In this document: one piece after another, positions 1 to 12,060 of the stretch
How positions within the stretch are numbered: the first letter of the stretch is position 1
Layout: each line of letters starts with the position of its first letter
NCBI RefSeq assembly: GCF_009914755.1
Contig: NC_060930.1
DNA: 64,000 nt
Direction: 5' to 3' (one strand)
Source: the human T2T-CHM13v2.0 reference genome, Homo sapiens
Translations under genes and position numbers: made by a program
The notes under the pieces: generated by a model
The model's input: the letters and a program-made list of their open reading frames with translations, nothing else
Told to the model about the DNA's origin: nothing
Database searches by the model: none

Positions 1-440
1 TGCAGCTGCCAGGGCCCAGAGACTCACAAAACAGGTAGTCATTCCTTCTGCATTCTCTGCCACATTCCCTTCACTCTGAAGGCCTAGCCAGTGCCCAGAT
101 TCCCACTGCATATTCATGACACCAGTTCCTGCTCACATGCCCACTACTTACACTCTGGAAGGTGGCCTGTCATTTGCCCAGCAACTCTAGACCAATTCTA
201 GCCTGGCTAAATTATCAAACGTCTCCACTGTCTAGTGGTTGAACCACCCCTTCTCCAACAAAGTCTTACCCTCTTCCAAATTTCCTTTATTGGTTACTAT
301 CAGTCCTGGAGTACTATATAAAATTTCTTCTTATCTTTTAGTTTCTACTTTATTATAGTTTAATTATTCTTTATATTCAACTTTCCCTGTTTAACCATTA
401 TATGGTTTCTATCTCCTGACTGGACCTGGACTGCAGCAGG
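1..440 (+). mobile_element. ERVL-type solo LTR fragment (LTR33-like), 5' part outside window
   Basis: 3' portion 'taattattctttatattcaactttccctgtttaaccattatatggtttctatctcctgactggacctggactg' resembles the recalled 3' end of LTR33-class LTRs; family uncertain. Confidence 0.5.
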
Positions 441-679
441 ATTTATCATGAGGAGTACATGAAGTAACATTTGGCATAATAAACGATAACAATTATAGCT
501 AATCTTGTTATGTCTTCCTTCTCTCCAACAAAAACCTAAAATTCGCTTGTAAAAATATGTGTGTGTGTGTTTAAGGACTTGTCTGTGGGCGTGACTAAGT
601 TCATTCAATGCTAGTTGTGCTTGTCCTTCAGTGTGCTACACTGTCACTTATTACCAGAAATGTAGATTTGAGGGCTTTA

Positions 680-845
680 AAATGTAGATTTTAAAGGAAG
701 CTTTAAGATCATCTAGTTCAACTCCATAGAAAGAAATTGATTAACAGTAAAGCCAAGATTCTTGCTCAACGTCACAGTGAATTCTGGGTGTACCTGTAAA
801 AGAAGCCATCTATCTTGACAACCAGTCCAGGGTTTTCTCTATAGC
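680..845 (-). mobile_element. MIR/MIR3 SINE fragment
   Basis: degenerate 'gatcatctagttcaactcc...cttgctcaacgtcacagtga...ccagtccagggtttt' matches reverse MIR core pattern. Confidence 0.45.
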
Positions 846-894
846 TGGAATTTATTCTCTATATGAGTTTTAAAGACAGAATAATCTAGATGGC

Positions 895-1326
895 TGTATT
901 AGTTTCCTAGGGCTGCCGTAACAAATCACTACAAACTGGTGCTTTAAAAAAATGGAAATTTATTGTCTCACAGTTTTGGAGGCCAGAAGTTCAACAACTG
1001 GCAGGGCTGTACTCCCTCAGGGGCTCTTTGCCTCTCCCAGCTTCTGGTGGCTGCCCTTATTCCTGGGCTTATGGCTATATCACTGCCTCCATCTTCACAT
1101 TACCTTCTCCTTTATATACCTGTATTCTCTGCTTTGTATCATTTATAAGGATGCTTGTCATTGGATTTAGGTTTTATCTGAATAACCCAAAGTGATCTCC
1201 TTATCTCAAGATCCTTAACTTAATTACATCTGCAAAGACCCTTTCTCCAAATAAGGCAGCACACACAAGTTCTGGGGACTAAGATGCACACATACTTTTA
1301 TTAGGGCCACCATTCAGCCCTGTACA
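895..1326 (-). mobile_element. MLT1B/MLT1C (ERVL-MaLR) solo LTR
   Basis: starts 'tgtattagtttcctagggctgccgtaacaaat', contains 'ctcaagatccttaacttaattacatctgcaaagaccct', ends 'ggccaccattcagccctgtaca'; TG...CA termini. Confidence 0.85.
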
Positions 1327-1338
1327 ATGTTCTGTGTG

Positions 1339-1660
1339 TTTTTTTTATTTTTCTTTCTTTTTCTTTTCTTTTCTTTTCTTTTTCTTTTTTTTTTTTAATT
1401 AAGATGGTGTCTCACTCTGTTGCCCAGGCTGGAGTGCAGTGGCGTGATCTCAGCTTACTGCAACTTCCGCCTCCTGGGTTCAAGAGATTCTCCTGCCTCA
1501 GCCTCCTGAGTAGCCACCATGCCTAGCTAATTTTTTTGTATTTTTAGCAGAGACGGGGTTGCACCATGTTGGTCAGGCTGGTCTTGAACTCCTGACCTTG
1601 TGATCCACCCGCCTCGGCCTCCCAAAGTGCTGGGATTACAGGCGTGAGCCACCGTGCCCA
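1339..1660 (-). mobile_element. AluS (AluSg-like), with ~19-bp internal deletion
   Basis: T-rich tail, both Alu arms, ends 'ggcgtgagccaccgtgccca'; flanks 'ttctgtgtgttttt'/'ttctgttttgtgttttt' form a degenerate TSD. Confidence 0.95.
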
Positions 1661-3490
1661 TTCTGTTTTGTGTTTTTAAAATAGATTTAGATCTCTAAGG
1701 TCCAGGATACAGTGCTTCATTAACTCAGTTAATAAAATACAGAAATGTTTTTCCAATAGTTATTTATTCCCCGGGCATATTATTTACCAAAGTGCTTTGC
1801 TTAGGTTTTGTAATAGTAGTCATGCTATGTGAACTTAGAGTGGGAAATACTTAGTCATTTTTCTATTATGTATCATAACTAGGTGTTTCACATAGCTGAC
1901 AGGCTGATCCTAATGCAAACTTATGTATGAGGAGAAGCTGGCTGTGACACACCCTTGTGTAATATCTTCCCCACACCATCAGGCAGGGGCTTTTACTAAT
2001 ATCTGAGGTTAAACTTTAGAGGACATACCTAAATCTCTAAGAACTTACATAAAGCATTAGAAAATCCAAGGAAAATTTTGTCCCAGTGATCACATGGACC
2101 AGTCTGTTGGCTACATTTTATAGAGGTTTAACTACAAAAGTTTCCTTCAGGGGTTCAAATATAACCCATTATTTCTATGTTAAGCTGACATGCTGTGGAA
2201 GAGTTCCTCTTATATCCTACAACTTTGCCCCTTTTTCTTTCTCTTACATCACTTTACGTTTACTCCCATTTAGGTGGAAGTGTTTTTTTTTAATATTCAT
2301 TAAATTAAATGAGGTTAATTTTGAGCATAATAATAGACTCTGCTTGAGCGGAAGGAATAGGTGCTGTGGTTGTGGAAGAGGGAAGAAGACATGTTCTCAC
2401 ATATGAATGTTGGTTAAAAAATATGTATTAGATTCAGGATAATTGCTAGTAATTAATTCTAGAATGTAGACAGCAGGGAATGCAGGCTCACTCACCCTCC
2501 TATTACCCAAACTGGGTAAGTCTTCATAAAATTATGCTTTGTGATAGGTCATTTCCATTTCGTACTGGTACTGGTGGTAAAAAAAAAAAAAAAATATATG
2601 ATTTCTAAAAAATGTATTGGTGACTATCTTTTCTCTCACATATGTTTGTCTTTATTATTTTGGGATATGCTAGGAGTGATAACTTTTTCTAAACCAAGTT
2701 TAGGATCTTAAGATACAAATTAAGTTAGATTGGCTGAAAGCTAAATTCAGATGATTATATTTGCCAAACTTAATGTCAAAACACAAGTTGTTTCTTCTTT
2801 TCTTGCAGCAGCTAAAAACAAAAACAAAAGCTAAACTCTGCCTTCTAAAAAATGGAATTCCCTACAGAGAAGATTCCCTACATGTTTTTCTTTCTGACAT
2901 TTAGATGACATTGAGTATCACTGATTCTTCTTACACATGTTTTCTATCAAGAAAAACTCAGAATTTCCTTCATAAAGGACAAAGCCATGAGTATTCTTGA
3001 TACACAAATGCTTTAGAATCTGCTTGCTTTCTCTTTAAAGTGCTCTCTATTTCAAAGTTCTTATAATTCTTTTGACTTCAGGTAGAAAATCTCAATCAGG
3101 ATGTTCTCTTTAACATTTGCAAATATCCTTTTCTGCAGGAAGACAATAGCAGTGGCATGGTCAGAGATTGCGGGGTGAACCTCGCAGCATATCAGAGAGT
3201 AGCCACTTGTGTTTGGGAACCTGGAAAGCTTTGTCCTGTCACTTTTCACAGTGCAATTGATGAATGGATTAGCGGAATGATAAATTGATGAAATGACAAT
3301 GGAAGAAAAGAAAGAAATGGGTCTGAAAATAGAGATTTTCTGGTTTGACTGAAAAATACTGTTTATGCTTTCTAATACTCTACTGTCTGCTCTTTGCCTT
3401 CTCCTTTCCCTTGCCCACTCTCCTCTCCTCTTCCATCCTGGTCGCAATCTTTCACAGCTCCTCTTCCACTGCATGCTGGGAAAGTCTACA

Positions 3491-3625
3491 TATTCATTCA
3501 GTCAGCAAATATTTGTTGGGTTTAATCATGTGTTCTGCACTATGTTAGATGGTGGCTATAGAGTAACGAATAAACAAGATGGTGGCTCACATGGAGCTTT
3601 TAGTCTAGCAGGGAAGTTAGATCCT
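3491..3625 (-). mobile_element. L2 3' end fragment
   Basis: 'tattcattcagtcagcaaatatttgttggg...atggagcttttagtctagcaggga' typical reverse L2 3' terminus. Confidence 0.7.
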
Positions 3626-3977
3626 GAACTAGCAGTTCTGTGTGGCACAAAGTGGAAGAGTTCTTCACCAGAGTTCCAGAGAGCTGTTCCCTGTGAGGGA
3701 AGAGCTTCAGCAAGGTAGCCCAGATTCTATATGCAGGGCTGAGAATAGGACAGAGGTTCCCAAGCCCAGTGGCCAAGTGGAGGGCAGAATGGAAGATGGG
3801 CAATAAAGGCTCTGGAAGAAAGTGAAGAGACTTTTTGTAGCCACCTAGATTGAGAAGTTTTAAGAAGACAGACAAACATCTAAACTGTTTTTTTGGAAAG
3901 CTCTCTGCATGAAACACTATGTAAAATCCCTGGGCTTTTAAGGTAATACAAATAAAGATTTTTAAAAAATATATTCT

Positions 3978-4268
3978 GGCTGGGTGTGGTGGCTCATGCC
4001 TGTAATCCCAGCACTTTGGGAGGCAGAGGTGGGCGAATCACAAGGTCAGGAGTTTGAGACCAGCCTGGCCAATATGGTGAAACCCCATCTCTACTAAAAA
4101 TACAAAAATTAGCCGAGTATGGTGGCACATGCCTGTAACTCCCAACCTCGGGAGGCTGAGGGAGGAAAATTGCTTGAACCCAGGAGGCGGAGGTTGTAGT
4201 GAGCCGAGATTGTGCCACTGCACTCCAGCCTGGGCGACAGAGAGAGACTCCATCTCAAAAAAAAAAAA
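3978..4268 (+). mobile_element. AluS (AluSg-like), full length
   Basis: 'ggctgggtgtggtggctcatgcctgtaatcccagcactttggg' ... 'gactccatctcaaaaaaaaaaaa'; degenerate TSD 'atat(a/g)ttct'. Confidence 0.97.
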
Positions 4269-4400
4269 GTTATATATATATGTTCTGCAGGGTTTCCAGA
4301 ATGGGATTTGCGTTTGTTTGTTTCTAGGTAACAACCAGCACTACAGTGCTGAGAGGAGGAAAGGGGGTCGGGCTTGCCTATAGACCGTCATCTCATCAAC

Positions 4401-4422
4401 ACTCTCGCTCATTGACTCTCAC

Positions 4423-4458
<36 letters not shown>

Positions 4459-4582
4459 CCTCTCTCCCTCTATCTCCCTCTCTCCCTCTCTCCCTCTCTC
4501 CCTCCCTCCCTCCCTCCCTCCCTCTCCCGCTCTCTCTTCCTCTCTCCCTCTCCTTCTCTCACTCTTCTTTTTCTCTTTCCCC
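4401..4582. repeat. (CT)n / (CCCT)n polypyrimidine simple repeat
   Basis: direct reading: (ct)n, (ccct)n and cttt runs with very few purines over ~180 bp. Confidence 0.95.
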
Positions 4583-5584
4583 TACCTAGTGTTCTTAGCT
4601 GGTGCTTATTTAATTGTCAGCTGAGTTTCATCCTAAAGAAATAAACCTTTTTTCCAATAATTCCTGCAAAATTTCTACTAAAACTTTCGATTAGCCCAGC
4701 TGTGCTACATGTCCATCCCAGAAGCAATCTGGGCAGGGTATGTAAAACTTTTACATAGGCAGGGTATATAAAACTTTGAAGGGCCTCCCTAGAGTTGGAA
4801 GTTGCAATTTATTGAATTATGAAACATCCAAATAATTACTTAGTATGCACGAAATGTTTGAAAAATATTTAGGAAAGATGAATGTTAACATAAATGATGA
4901 AGAATATTTACAGCAGTACACACAATTATATAAGCTGTGTGTCATTCCCAATCTTCTATTTATAAATATTATTGCTATTCAAAACAGTAAAAGAAAAGTA
5001 AAAGGAAATAAAACGTTAATCTCTAGAGTAGATGAAATTAAGAGTGTTTTCTTTACATTTTGTTAATTTTTTACATTTAAAAAGGATGCAGATTATTTTA
5101 ATAACAAGAAAAAAGAAATAATAAAAGTTGCGATGACTGTTCAGATTTATAATAGCAACACTGAAGAAAATCTTGTTTTGCCCTAATATAGCATATCCCA
5201 TGCTAATAAACTATAGGGATTTTTTTTTTTGCTGTTGTTAATAGCTAATTGTCATTCTTCCATTGTTTTTTATTTCTTGTAACATCTTTCTACTATTTAT
5301 TGATTTAGTGGCCTTGTTCTTGGCATTTCTTTGATAATACATAAAGTATCAATTTTTTTCTCTTCTTACCTACATATCTTGACCTCTGTTGCCTTTACTT
5401 TAAGCCTTTCACTTTCAAACCTGTTATTTACTTTAGAACCTGTTTCTTTCTTCTTTTTAATTTTTTTTCTATTTGGGGAAAAGAACTCTGCCCTCACATA
5501 GTAACTCAGAAATCTAGAAATACAGAATATAAACCTCAGTTACTTACTGTGTAGTTTTTTATGTTCTCAAGTAATTCCTTTAAG

Positions 5585-5772
5585 GTTTATGGCTGGAAGA
5601 TCCTCTGGAGAGATCATAGTTCAACCCATTTATTCTTTCTTTGTCTCTTGCATTAAAAAGTGAATAAACTAAGGTTTCGAGGGGTTCAGCAATGGCTGAA
5701 AGTCAGAGAGTTAGTTAACTGCTGAGCTTTCTAGGACTCCAGATAGCTAACCCGGTATTCTTTCTTTATATG
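5585..5772 (-). mobile_element. MIR/MIR3 fragment
   Basis: 'agatcatagttcaacccatt...taaactaaggtttcgaggggttcagcaatggctgaaagtcagagagttagtt' reverse MIR core. Confidence 0.55.
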
Positions 5773-5822
5773 CTGCTCCTGACTTCTTTCTTCTGCAATT
5801 TCCTAACCTGTAAAATGGCGTT

Positions 5823-5906
5823 AAGTTTTGGCTCCCTAATAGAAAGCAGGTTATTGTACCATGAAGTTTTGGCTCCCTAATAGAAAGCAGGTTATTGTAC
5901 CATGAA
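5823..5906. repeat. perfect 41-bp tandem duplication
   Basis: AAGTTTTGGCTCCCTAATAGAAAGCAGGTTATTGTACCATG at 5823-5863 and 5864-5904, identical, followed by AA. Confidence 0.98.
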
Positions 5907-6109
5907 CGCCTCTCTGCAGATGAGAGTGTTGTCATTCAATATTGTCATTCCATGTAGATACGAAAGGCAAAATCTGAAGAGACATATGTAATATCAGAAC
6001 CAAATACTAGAATGTAGGTTATATTTAATGCTGTCAACAAATTTATTACTTCAAATTATTTTAATGCCAAGTGCATTGTGTAAGTGTTCCTACTCTGATT
6101 GTGCAAATT

Positions 6110-6935
6110 TGAATATGACAGAAGCTGAACTCATGAGCTTCCTCTACAATCCCCAAAGCTGTACCATCTAGCCTGTTGAATGAGATGAAACCCAGGTGAT
6201 TTTACTTTCCTCTCTTCCTCTCTGATGCTTTTTATTCAATCCACTATACTTAATCTGTATTAGTTTTAACTTCAAATTGTCTCTTGCAACCATTCACTTT
6301 GTTGCCTCCCTCACCCCTGCCCCTTTCTCACCAATCTCAGACCTGTTATCTCTTGGAGAGGCTCCTGCAGAACCCCCCGATGTCCACCTTTCACTCACGG
6401 TGGTCTTTGAGAAATGCAAATCTGCTCACTAGATTCTCCTGCTGACAAGTTCAATGTCTTCCTTTGCTCTAATGATAAAGGGAAATACTCAGCATGACCC
6501 TCAAGACCTGCTCTGTTATCTTCAGAATCTAACTCTGCTCTTCCTCTTGCTAGCTTTCAGGCCCTGGTACTTACCGTGCTCTCCCCTCCTTCCCACCCCA
6601 AGGTTTGTGCATATGTTGTTTTCTCTACCTAGGCTACGATTCTCTCACTCTTTTCCTCTAAAGAACTCCTACTCAGTCTTCAGATATTTGCTCAATCTCT
6701 TCTTCCTCCCTCTGGGAAGGCTTCTTAGTCCATCCTGCAATGGGAAAAAAATCACTGTTAGATGCTGTTATGGCTCCTTTGTCTTTTCCTTTCCTTTTCT
6801 TTTCCACTACTGTGATTTTCCATTTATTTGTGAGCTAATTTGATTAATGTCTTATTTCCATTAGACCACTGTTTCTAGTTTTTACTCATAGCATTTAGAG
6901 GACACTCAGTAACCAATGATTAAATCAGTGAATGT
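6110..6935 (+). mobile_element. L2 LINE 3' region (diverged)
   Basis: 'gaaatgcaaatctgctcact...ctactcagtcttcagatatttgctcaa...gggaaggcttc...gacactcagtaaccaatgattaaatcagtgaatg' L2 3' motifs. Confidence 0.65.
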
Positions 6936-7679
6936 GTATTTAATATTCTGCAAGTGTTACATTTATAACAGAGAGGCAGCCTATACATTTTCCTGCTGCA
7001 TCTTGTTTAGGAAGGGGGCTGGTTTCCATAAAAATCGGAATTTATCTTTTAGCTTTCAAGGAAACGCTGGAGAAAATCATGCAACTATGTGGGCTGTTGA
7101 CCCCCAAGATATGTACTGTCCAAGCTTAACATGGATGTTCCATGACACTTAGCAATCCTTGGCACATACTTGTTCAGCACACTTTTCCATTCATTCCAAC
7201 TGTTCTTCCAAATCCAAATTGTTCTCTTTAAGTTGCCTACTCTGCCTCCACAGTCTTCATCATTCTTAACTGGAGAGATCTCACCTGAGACTAGTGAATC
7301 TATCAAGACTCAAATCGCTTCCTATACACACATCTGCAACTGTGCCTGTCTTTATCCCCTTCCCTCCCATCCAAGACTAATCCATGCTCGCATGTTCTAA
7401 ATCCCACGTTTTCTTGTTCCCTTTAGAGACTCACTAGACCAATTCACCAGTCTTTCTTCTGTATTTCCAACTTCCTTTCTACTGGCTCTAACCCTCCAAT
7501 GTTTGTCCTTATAATCAAAAATGTTACAAACAAAACATAATCTATAAATATATCATAAATAAAACCAGAAACCTCTCTGTAAAATGTAAGAAAATTAGAT
7601 GCACCTTATCCTAAAAAAATGAATGTTTGAATTTGACTAACAGTATCTATACCAGTGATGGATAATATTTTCTCTTTCA

Positions 7680-7975
7680 TTCTGTTCTGGCAACACCGGC
7701 ATCTTTGCTATTCCTTGAACACCAGAGTACATTCTCAATAGAGGGCCATTCTCCCTTTCCCTGTAACACCTTCCTCCAGATAACTTCATGGCCTCTACCT
7801 TTATTCTGGTGTCTTTTCCAGTGTCACTTCATCAGTGAGGCTTTCTATGACGAACATATATTAACCAGCCCTTCCCCAAGCCCCCATCCTCCATTTCTAC
7901 TCCAGGTTCCTGATCTTCCTTATACTGCTTTATTTTGTGACCACAATATAGTATTTGTCCTAAGCTCTTCTCCTC
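7680..7975 (+). mobile_element. L2 fragment
   Basis: 'ctttgctattccttgaacacc...tgtcacttcatcagtgaggctttct' L2a 3' motifs. Confidence 0.6.
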
Positions 7976-8943
7976 TAAGAAGACTTGCTTTTCTAAAATA
8001 AAAAGATTCACTTTTATTTGCTAATTGATTAATATCTTCTTATCCTTTAAAACTACTTTATGTCAATCCTGGGATTTGGAAACACCCCTTTCTGCCCACA
8101 CTCTGCCATCTGTCGACTAAACATTGTTTTTAGTAGTTCCTCTTGGTGTCGTCTCCTATCCGCACACTGCATCTTCCCTCCTGACTGGACATCGCTGCTT
8201 GGCTGGCTTCCTTATTTAACACTGCTCTTACATGCACCCCATCCACTCCATTGGTTTCCACAGTTCCATGCTGGTACACGTTGCTGTAGAAAGGCCCAGG
8301 AACTGTGTCTGCCAGCTTTTCCACTGCACATCAGTGCTTACCCTAAGGTGGGTGTTAAGACACTGCTCAGGGCTAGTTGATTCATCTCCATAAGTCACTT
8401 TTCTTGCAGTGACTCTCCCAACCTTTGCAATCCCCTTGAAGATTCATTTCTGCTCTGTCTCTGAAAAGGCCAATTTTGCTTTTACCTCACCACTGGATAA
8501 AGACTACCAATTCCCTGATTTATACCTTCTACACAAAACATAACACGCACATGCACACAAATTTTTAAAAACGATCCTCTGTATTTGTTCTTCTCTTTGT
8601 TGACTCTTACCTTGGTGGAAGTAGTTCCCTGCCTTGTGATTTGGTACAATATCCTTTGATCATCTCCTGTTTGTTTTATTCCAGCCTCACTCACTCTCTT
8701 ATTACAATGATTCCCTTTTGCAACCTCTGAAGGGACATTGTAAAAAATAAATAACCCCCAAGCCTCAAACCAAAATCAGAACAAAATTCCATTAATTCTC
8801 TCCGTTATGGGCAGGGGGATTTTCCCAGACACAATCTGACCACGTGTCTACCTCCTTTCCTGCCCCTCACCTCAGCACATTTGAAGGCTTAGGATACATT
8901 TGAAATTCCTTCACATAATCTGTATAGTTACTCTTTCCTCAAC

Positions 8944-9367
8944 TGTTTTAAGCTGTTCACACTTTGCTATAACTAAATACCTGAAACTGGGTAATGTATA
9001 AAGAAAAGAGGTTTAATTGGATCACTGTTCTGCAAGCTCTACAGGAAGCATGGTGCTGGCATCACTTTGGCTCCTGGGGACATCTCAGCAAATTTACAAT
9101 CATGGCAAAAGACAAAGGGGGAGCAGGCATGACACATAGTGAAGCGGGAGCAAGAAAGAGAGCGGGGAGGTGCTACACTTTTAAACAACAAGCTCTCACA
9201 AGAACTCATTCACTATTGTGAGAACAGTACCATGTGGAATGGTGCTAAACCATTCATGAGAAATCCACCTCCATGATCCAACCACCTCCCACCAGGCCCC
9301 ACCTCCAATATTGGAGATTACGATTCAACATGAGATTAGGGCAGGGACACACATCCAAACTATATCA
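8944..9367 (-). mobile_element. MSTA (ERVL-MaLR) solo LTR
   Basis: 'ctgggtaatgtataaagaaaagaggtttaattgg...ggtgctaaaccattcatgagaaatccacc...catccaaactatatca'; degenerate 5-bp TSD tcaac/ccagc. Confidence 0.9.
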
Positions 9368-9369
9368 CC

Positions 9370-9900
9370 AGCTCTCTTCCTTTGACCGGTCTACACACTT
9401 TTCTCTTATTTGTGATAATCTAACTTCCCAAAAGAATAAGCTACATATTCAAAATCACTTGCCAATTCCCCCTTAATGCTTTTTTTCAGCATTCTACTGA
9501 GACTGCTCTTGAAAAGGTCACTAGTGATCCAAATAACAAGTCACAGCAAAACTAGTAGCCTGTTCTCTATCCTCGTTATCCATTCAAATGTTCGAAGATG
9601 CTGTCCAACATTTCTTCTTAAATGCCTTATTTTCTACTGACTTTCAAAGAATAAATTATTTTTTCATTATTTTCCTTCTGTCTCTGAGTTCACTTTTCTT
9701 AATGTGTTCTTTCTGGGTCATCTTTCTTTCTCCACCTCCTACAAATAGTTACTCTTCCAAAGTTATCTTTTCTATGTATTTCCCTCTCTACACACCTGAC
9801 TGGATGATGACTTTATTGCCTTCCTTGTGTTCCCAGATACCTTCGCATTTGAAAGATTTTACTTAGTCAAATCAAATCTGCCTGGTGCTAGTTCTACATA
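9370..9900 (+). mobile_element. L2 ORF2-derived fragment
   Basis: 'attctactgagactgctcttgaaaaggtcactagtgatcc' typical L2 internal motif. Confidence 0.5.
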
Positions 9901-9933
9901 CAGATAGTTCTAGAAATGCATAATATATCCCCC

Positions 9934-10301
9934 TGATATGGTTTAGCTCTGTGTCCCCACCCAAATCTCATCTTGTAGCTTCCATAATTCCCACGTGTTC
10001 TGGGGGGGACCTGGTGGGAGATAACTGGATCATGGGGGCAGGTCTTTCCCATGCTGTTCTCATGATAGTGAATAAATCTCACAAGATCTAATGGGTTTAA
10101 AAATGGGAGTTTTTCTGCACAAGCTCTCTCTCTTTGCCTGCTGCCATCCATGTAAGATGTGATTTACTCCTCCTTGCCTTCCGTCATGATTGTGAGGCCT
10201 CCCCAGCCATGTGGAACTGTAAGTCCATTAAAACTCTTTCTTTTGTAAATTGTCCAGTCTTGGGTATGTTTTTATCCGCAGCGTGAAAATGGACTAATAC
10301 A
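9934..10301 (+). mobile_element. THE1B solo LTR
   Basis: 'tgatatggtttagctctgtgtccccacccaaatctcatcttg' ... 'gcagcgtgaaaatggactaataca'; degenerate TSD ccccc/ctcct. Confidence 0.93.
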
Positions 10302-10854
10302 CTCCTTTAGTTCATTCCAGGACTCTTTATAGAAGGAACTGAGCTTTAATAACATTTATAGCTTCTTATATGCCCATCAATGTGCATGTATATTCTACAT
10401 GCTTAGTATTGTTTGAATGAAATTAATGGAGTTTGGGCAAGCCAAGGTCATGCACTAGATAGCATCATCCTATTCCAAGACCATAGCTTAAGTCAGGGGC
10501 TTCCTAGGTTTGCATTTTCTGCATCAAAGCATGTAATAATCAACAAATATGGACTAATAAATAAAATTTAATCACAGATCTTGGCAAAATAAATCAAAAT
10601 TATGTATAGTCTGTAGTCAGCAGTCAAGTTTCATTAGGAATTGAGTTGAAAAAATGCTTATTATTTTTCTAATACACAAAATAGAATCCATCTATTGTTT
10701 GATCAATCAACCAGTCAAGGAAATCACAGAGTTTTTATTTTTTTGCTTTGTTTTGTTTTTCTTTAGTATTATGTTTGCCTCTTGACTGTGTTTTAGTTCT
10801 GCCCATCAATCAAGGAGCTGGGAGATATAAAATAACACTATTTTCCATAGCTAC

Positions 10855-11052
10855 AATAAATATGTGCCAGGTATGAGCGGAATAACTCCATCTAATCCTC
10901 ACAATGCAGCATGTAAAATGTTATAATCTCCATTTTACAAACGAATAAAATGAGGCTTATGAAGGTAAAATAACTTGCTCAAGGTAAAACAGCTAAGAGG
11001 CAAAGCTAGAAAAGAATGAGGTGGTATGTGACTACAATGCCCATGATGTTAA
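10855..11052 (-). mobile_element. MIR SINE
   Basis: 'tatgtgccagg...ctaatcctcacaa...cattttacaaacga...tgaggcttatgaaggtaaaataacttgctcaaggt' reverse MIR. Confidence 0.8.
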
Positions 11053-11464
11053 AGAGTATGATTTCTAAGTAAGGATAAGAAACCATGGGCTAGTCCTTCC
11101 CTGCAGAGGGGTTCTGTTTGGCTCTTGGAGTGTTTACATATATTTCCATTTAATTTGAATGTTTTATGTTGGGTGTGCCCCAGGCCTAGAATTCCTTCAT
11201 GAAGATCACCTGGCTGATTTCTACATCTGCCTAACACCTTTAGTCGTGCGAACTCTCCACCTCCATCATGAGGCATTCTCTCTGCCTTTACTGAGTTTGT
11301 AATAGAACTGAGGGGAGAAGGATAGAAATGAATAAACGATATCAATATAACAGATCTAGTAGATGTTATGAAATATTTTAAGGTTCTCCATAGGTGAAGG
11401 GAATACATATGGAACTGAAGCTCACATTTATCCAGCCGTGTACTAGAAACAGTGCTATTTTATA

Positions 11465-11657
11465 ATCATCATTTATACTTCCCTTCCCAATAATTCTCTG
11501 AGGTGAGGCTTTTAAAATCACCTTTTATCAATGAGGTGCCTGGATTCTGGAGAGTTTAGGTCATTTCCCAAGACCACACAGCTGGTAATAGAGGCAAGAC
11601 TCAAACACAAGCTACCAGACTCCAAATCCAAGATGATAAACAGTCTTTCATGCTGCT
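11465..11657 (-). mobile_element. MIR SINE
   Basis: 'ggagagtttaggtcatttcccaagaccacacagctggtaatagaggcaagactcaaacac...gactccaaatcc'. Confidence 0.7.
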
Positions 11658-11721
11658 TCTGATTTGATCCATTATGGTAAAAAATGGGCATATAAGGGCA
11701 CTTCTGGTGGGATTTTGAAAA

Positions 11722-12060
11722 GTAACATTTTATCAAAGCATAATATAACTACAGAAAGGTACACCTATCAGAATGTATTCTGCATTAACTTTTTACAAAC
11801 TGACTATACTCAGACAATGAGGACAAGATGAGGAAATAGAACATTACCCCCAATTATTCCCACTTAGGCTGAAGCCCCCAGTTGTTCCCACTCTCAAGGC
11901 TAAACACTGTCCTGATATTTAATAGCAGAAACAGTTTTACCTATTTCTCTGATAAACAGACTCACAGAGTACGTCCTCTTTTGGCTTTTGTTTTTCTCAT
12001 GTATTGTTTGTGAAGTTTATCCATATTGTGGCATGTATTTGTAGATCAGTTCTTTTAATG
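11722..12060 (-). mobile_element. old L1 (L1ME-like) 3' end fragment
   Basis: 'tttatcaaagcataatata...aaatagaacattacccc...tgtgaagtttatccatattgtggcatgtatttgtag' reverse L1ME 3' UTR pattern. Confidence 0.65.

Noticed and set aside
3061-3474. 137-aa minus ORF and overlapping 117-aa plus ORF (3365-3718)
   Set aside because: No recognisable domain, low-complexity composition, the plus ORF runs through an L2 fragment; lengths attainable by chance
5823-5906. CRISPR-like or other prokaryotic repeat system
   Set aside because: Head-to-tail duplication without spacers in primate DNA; no repeat-spacer array anywhere in the window
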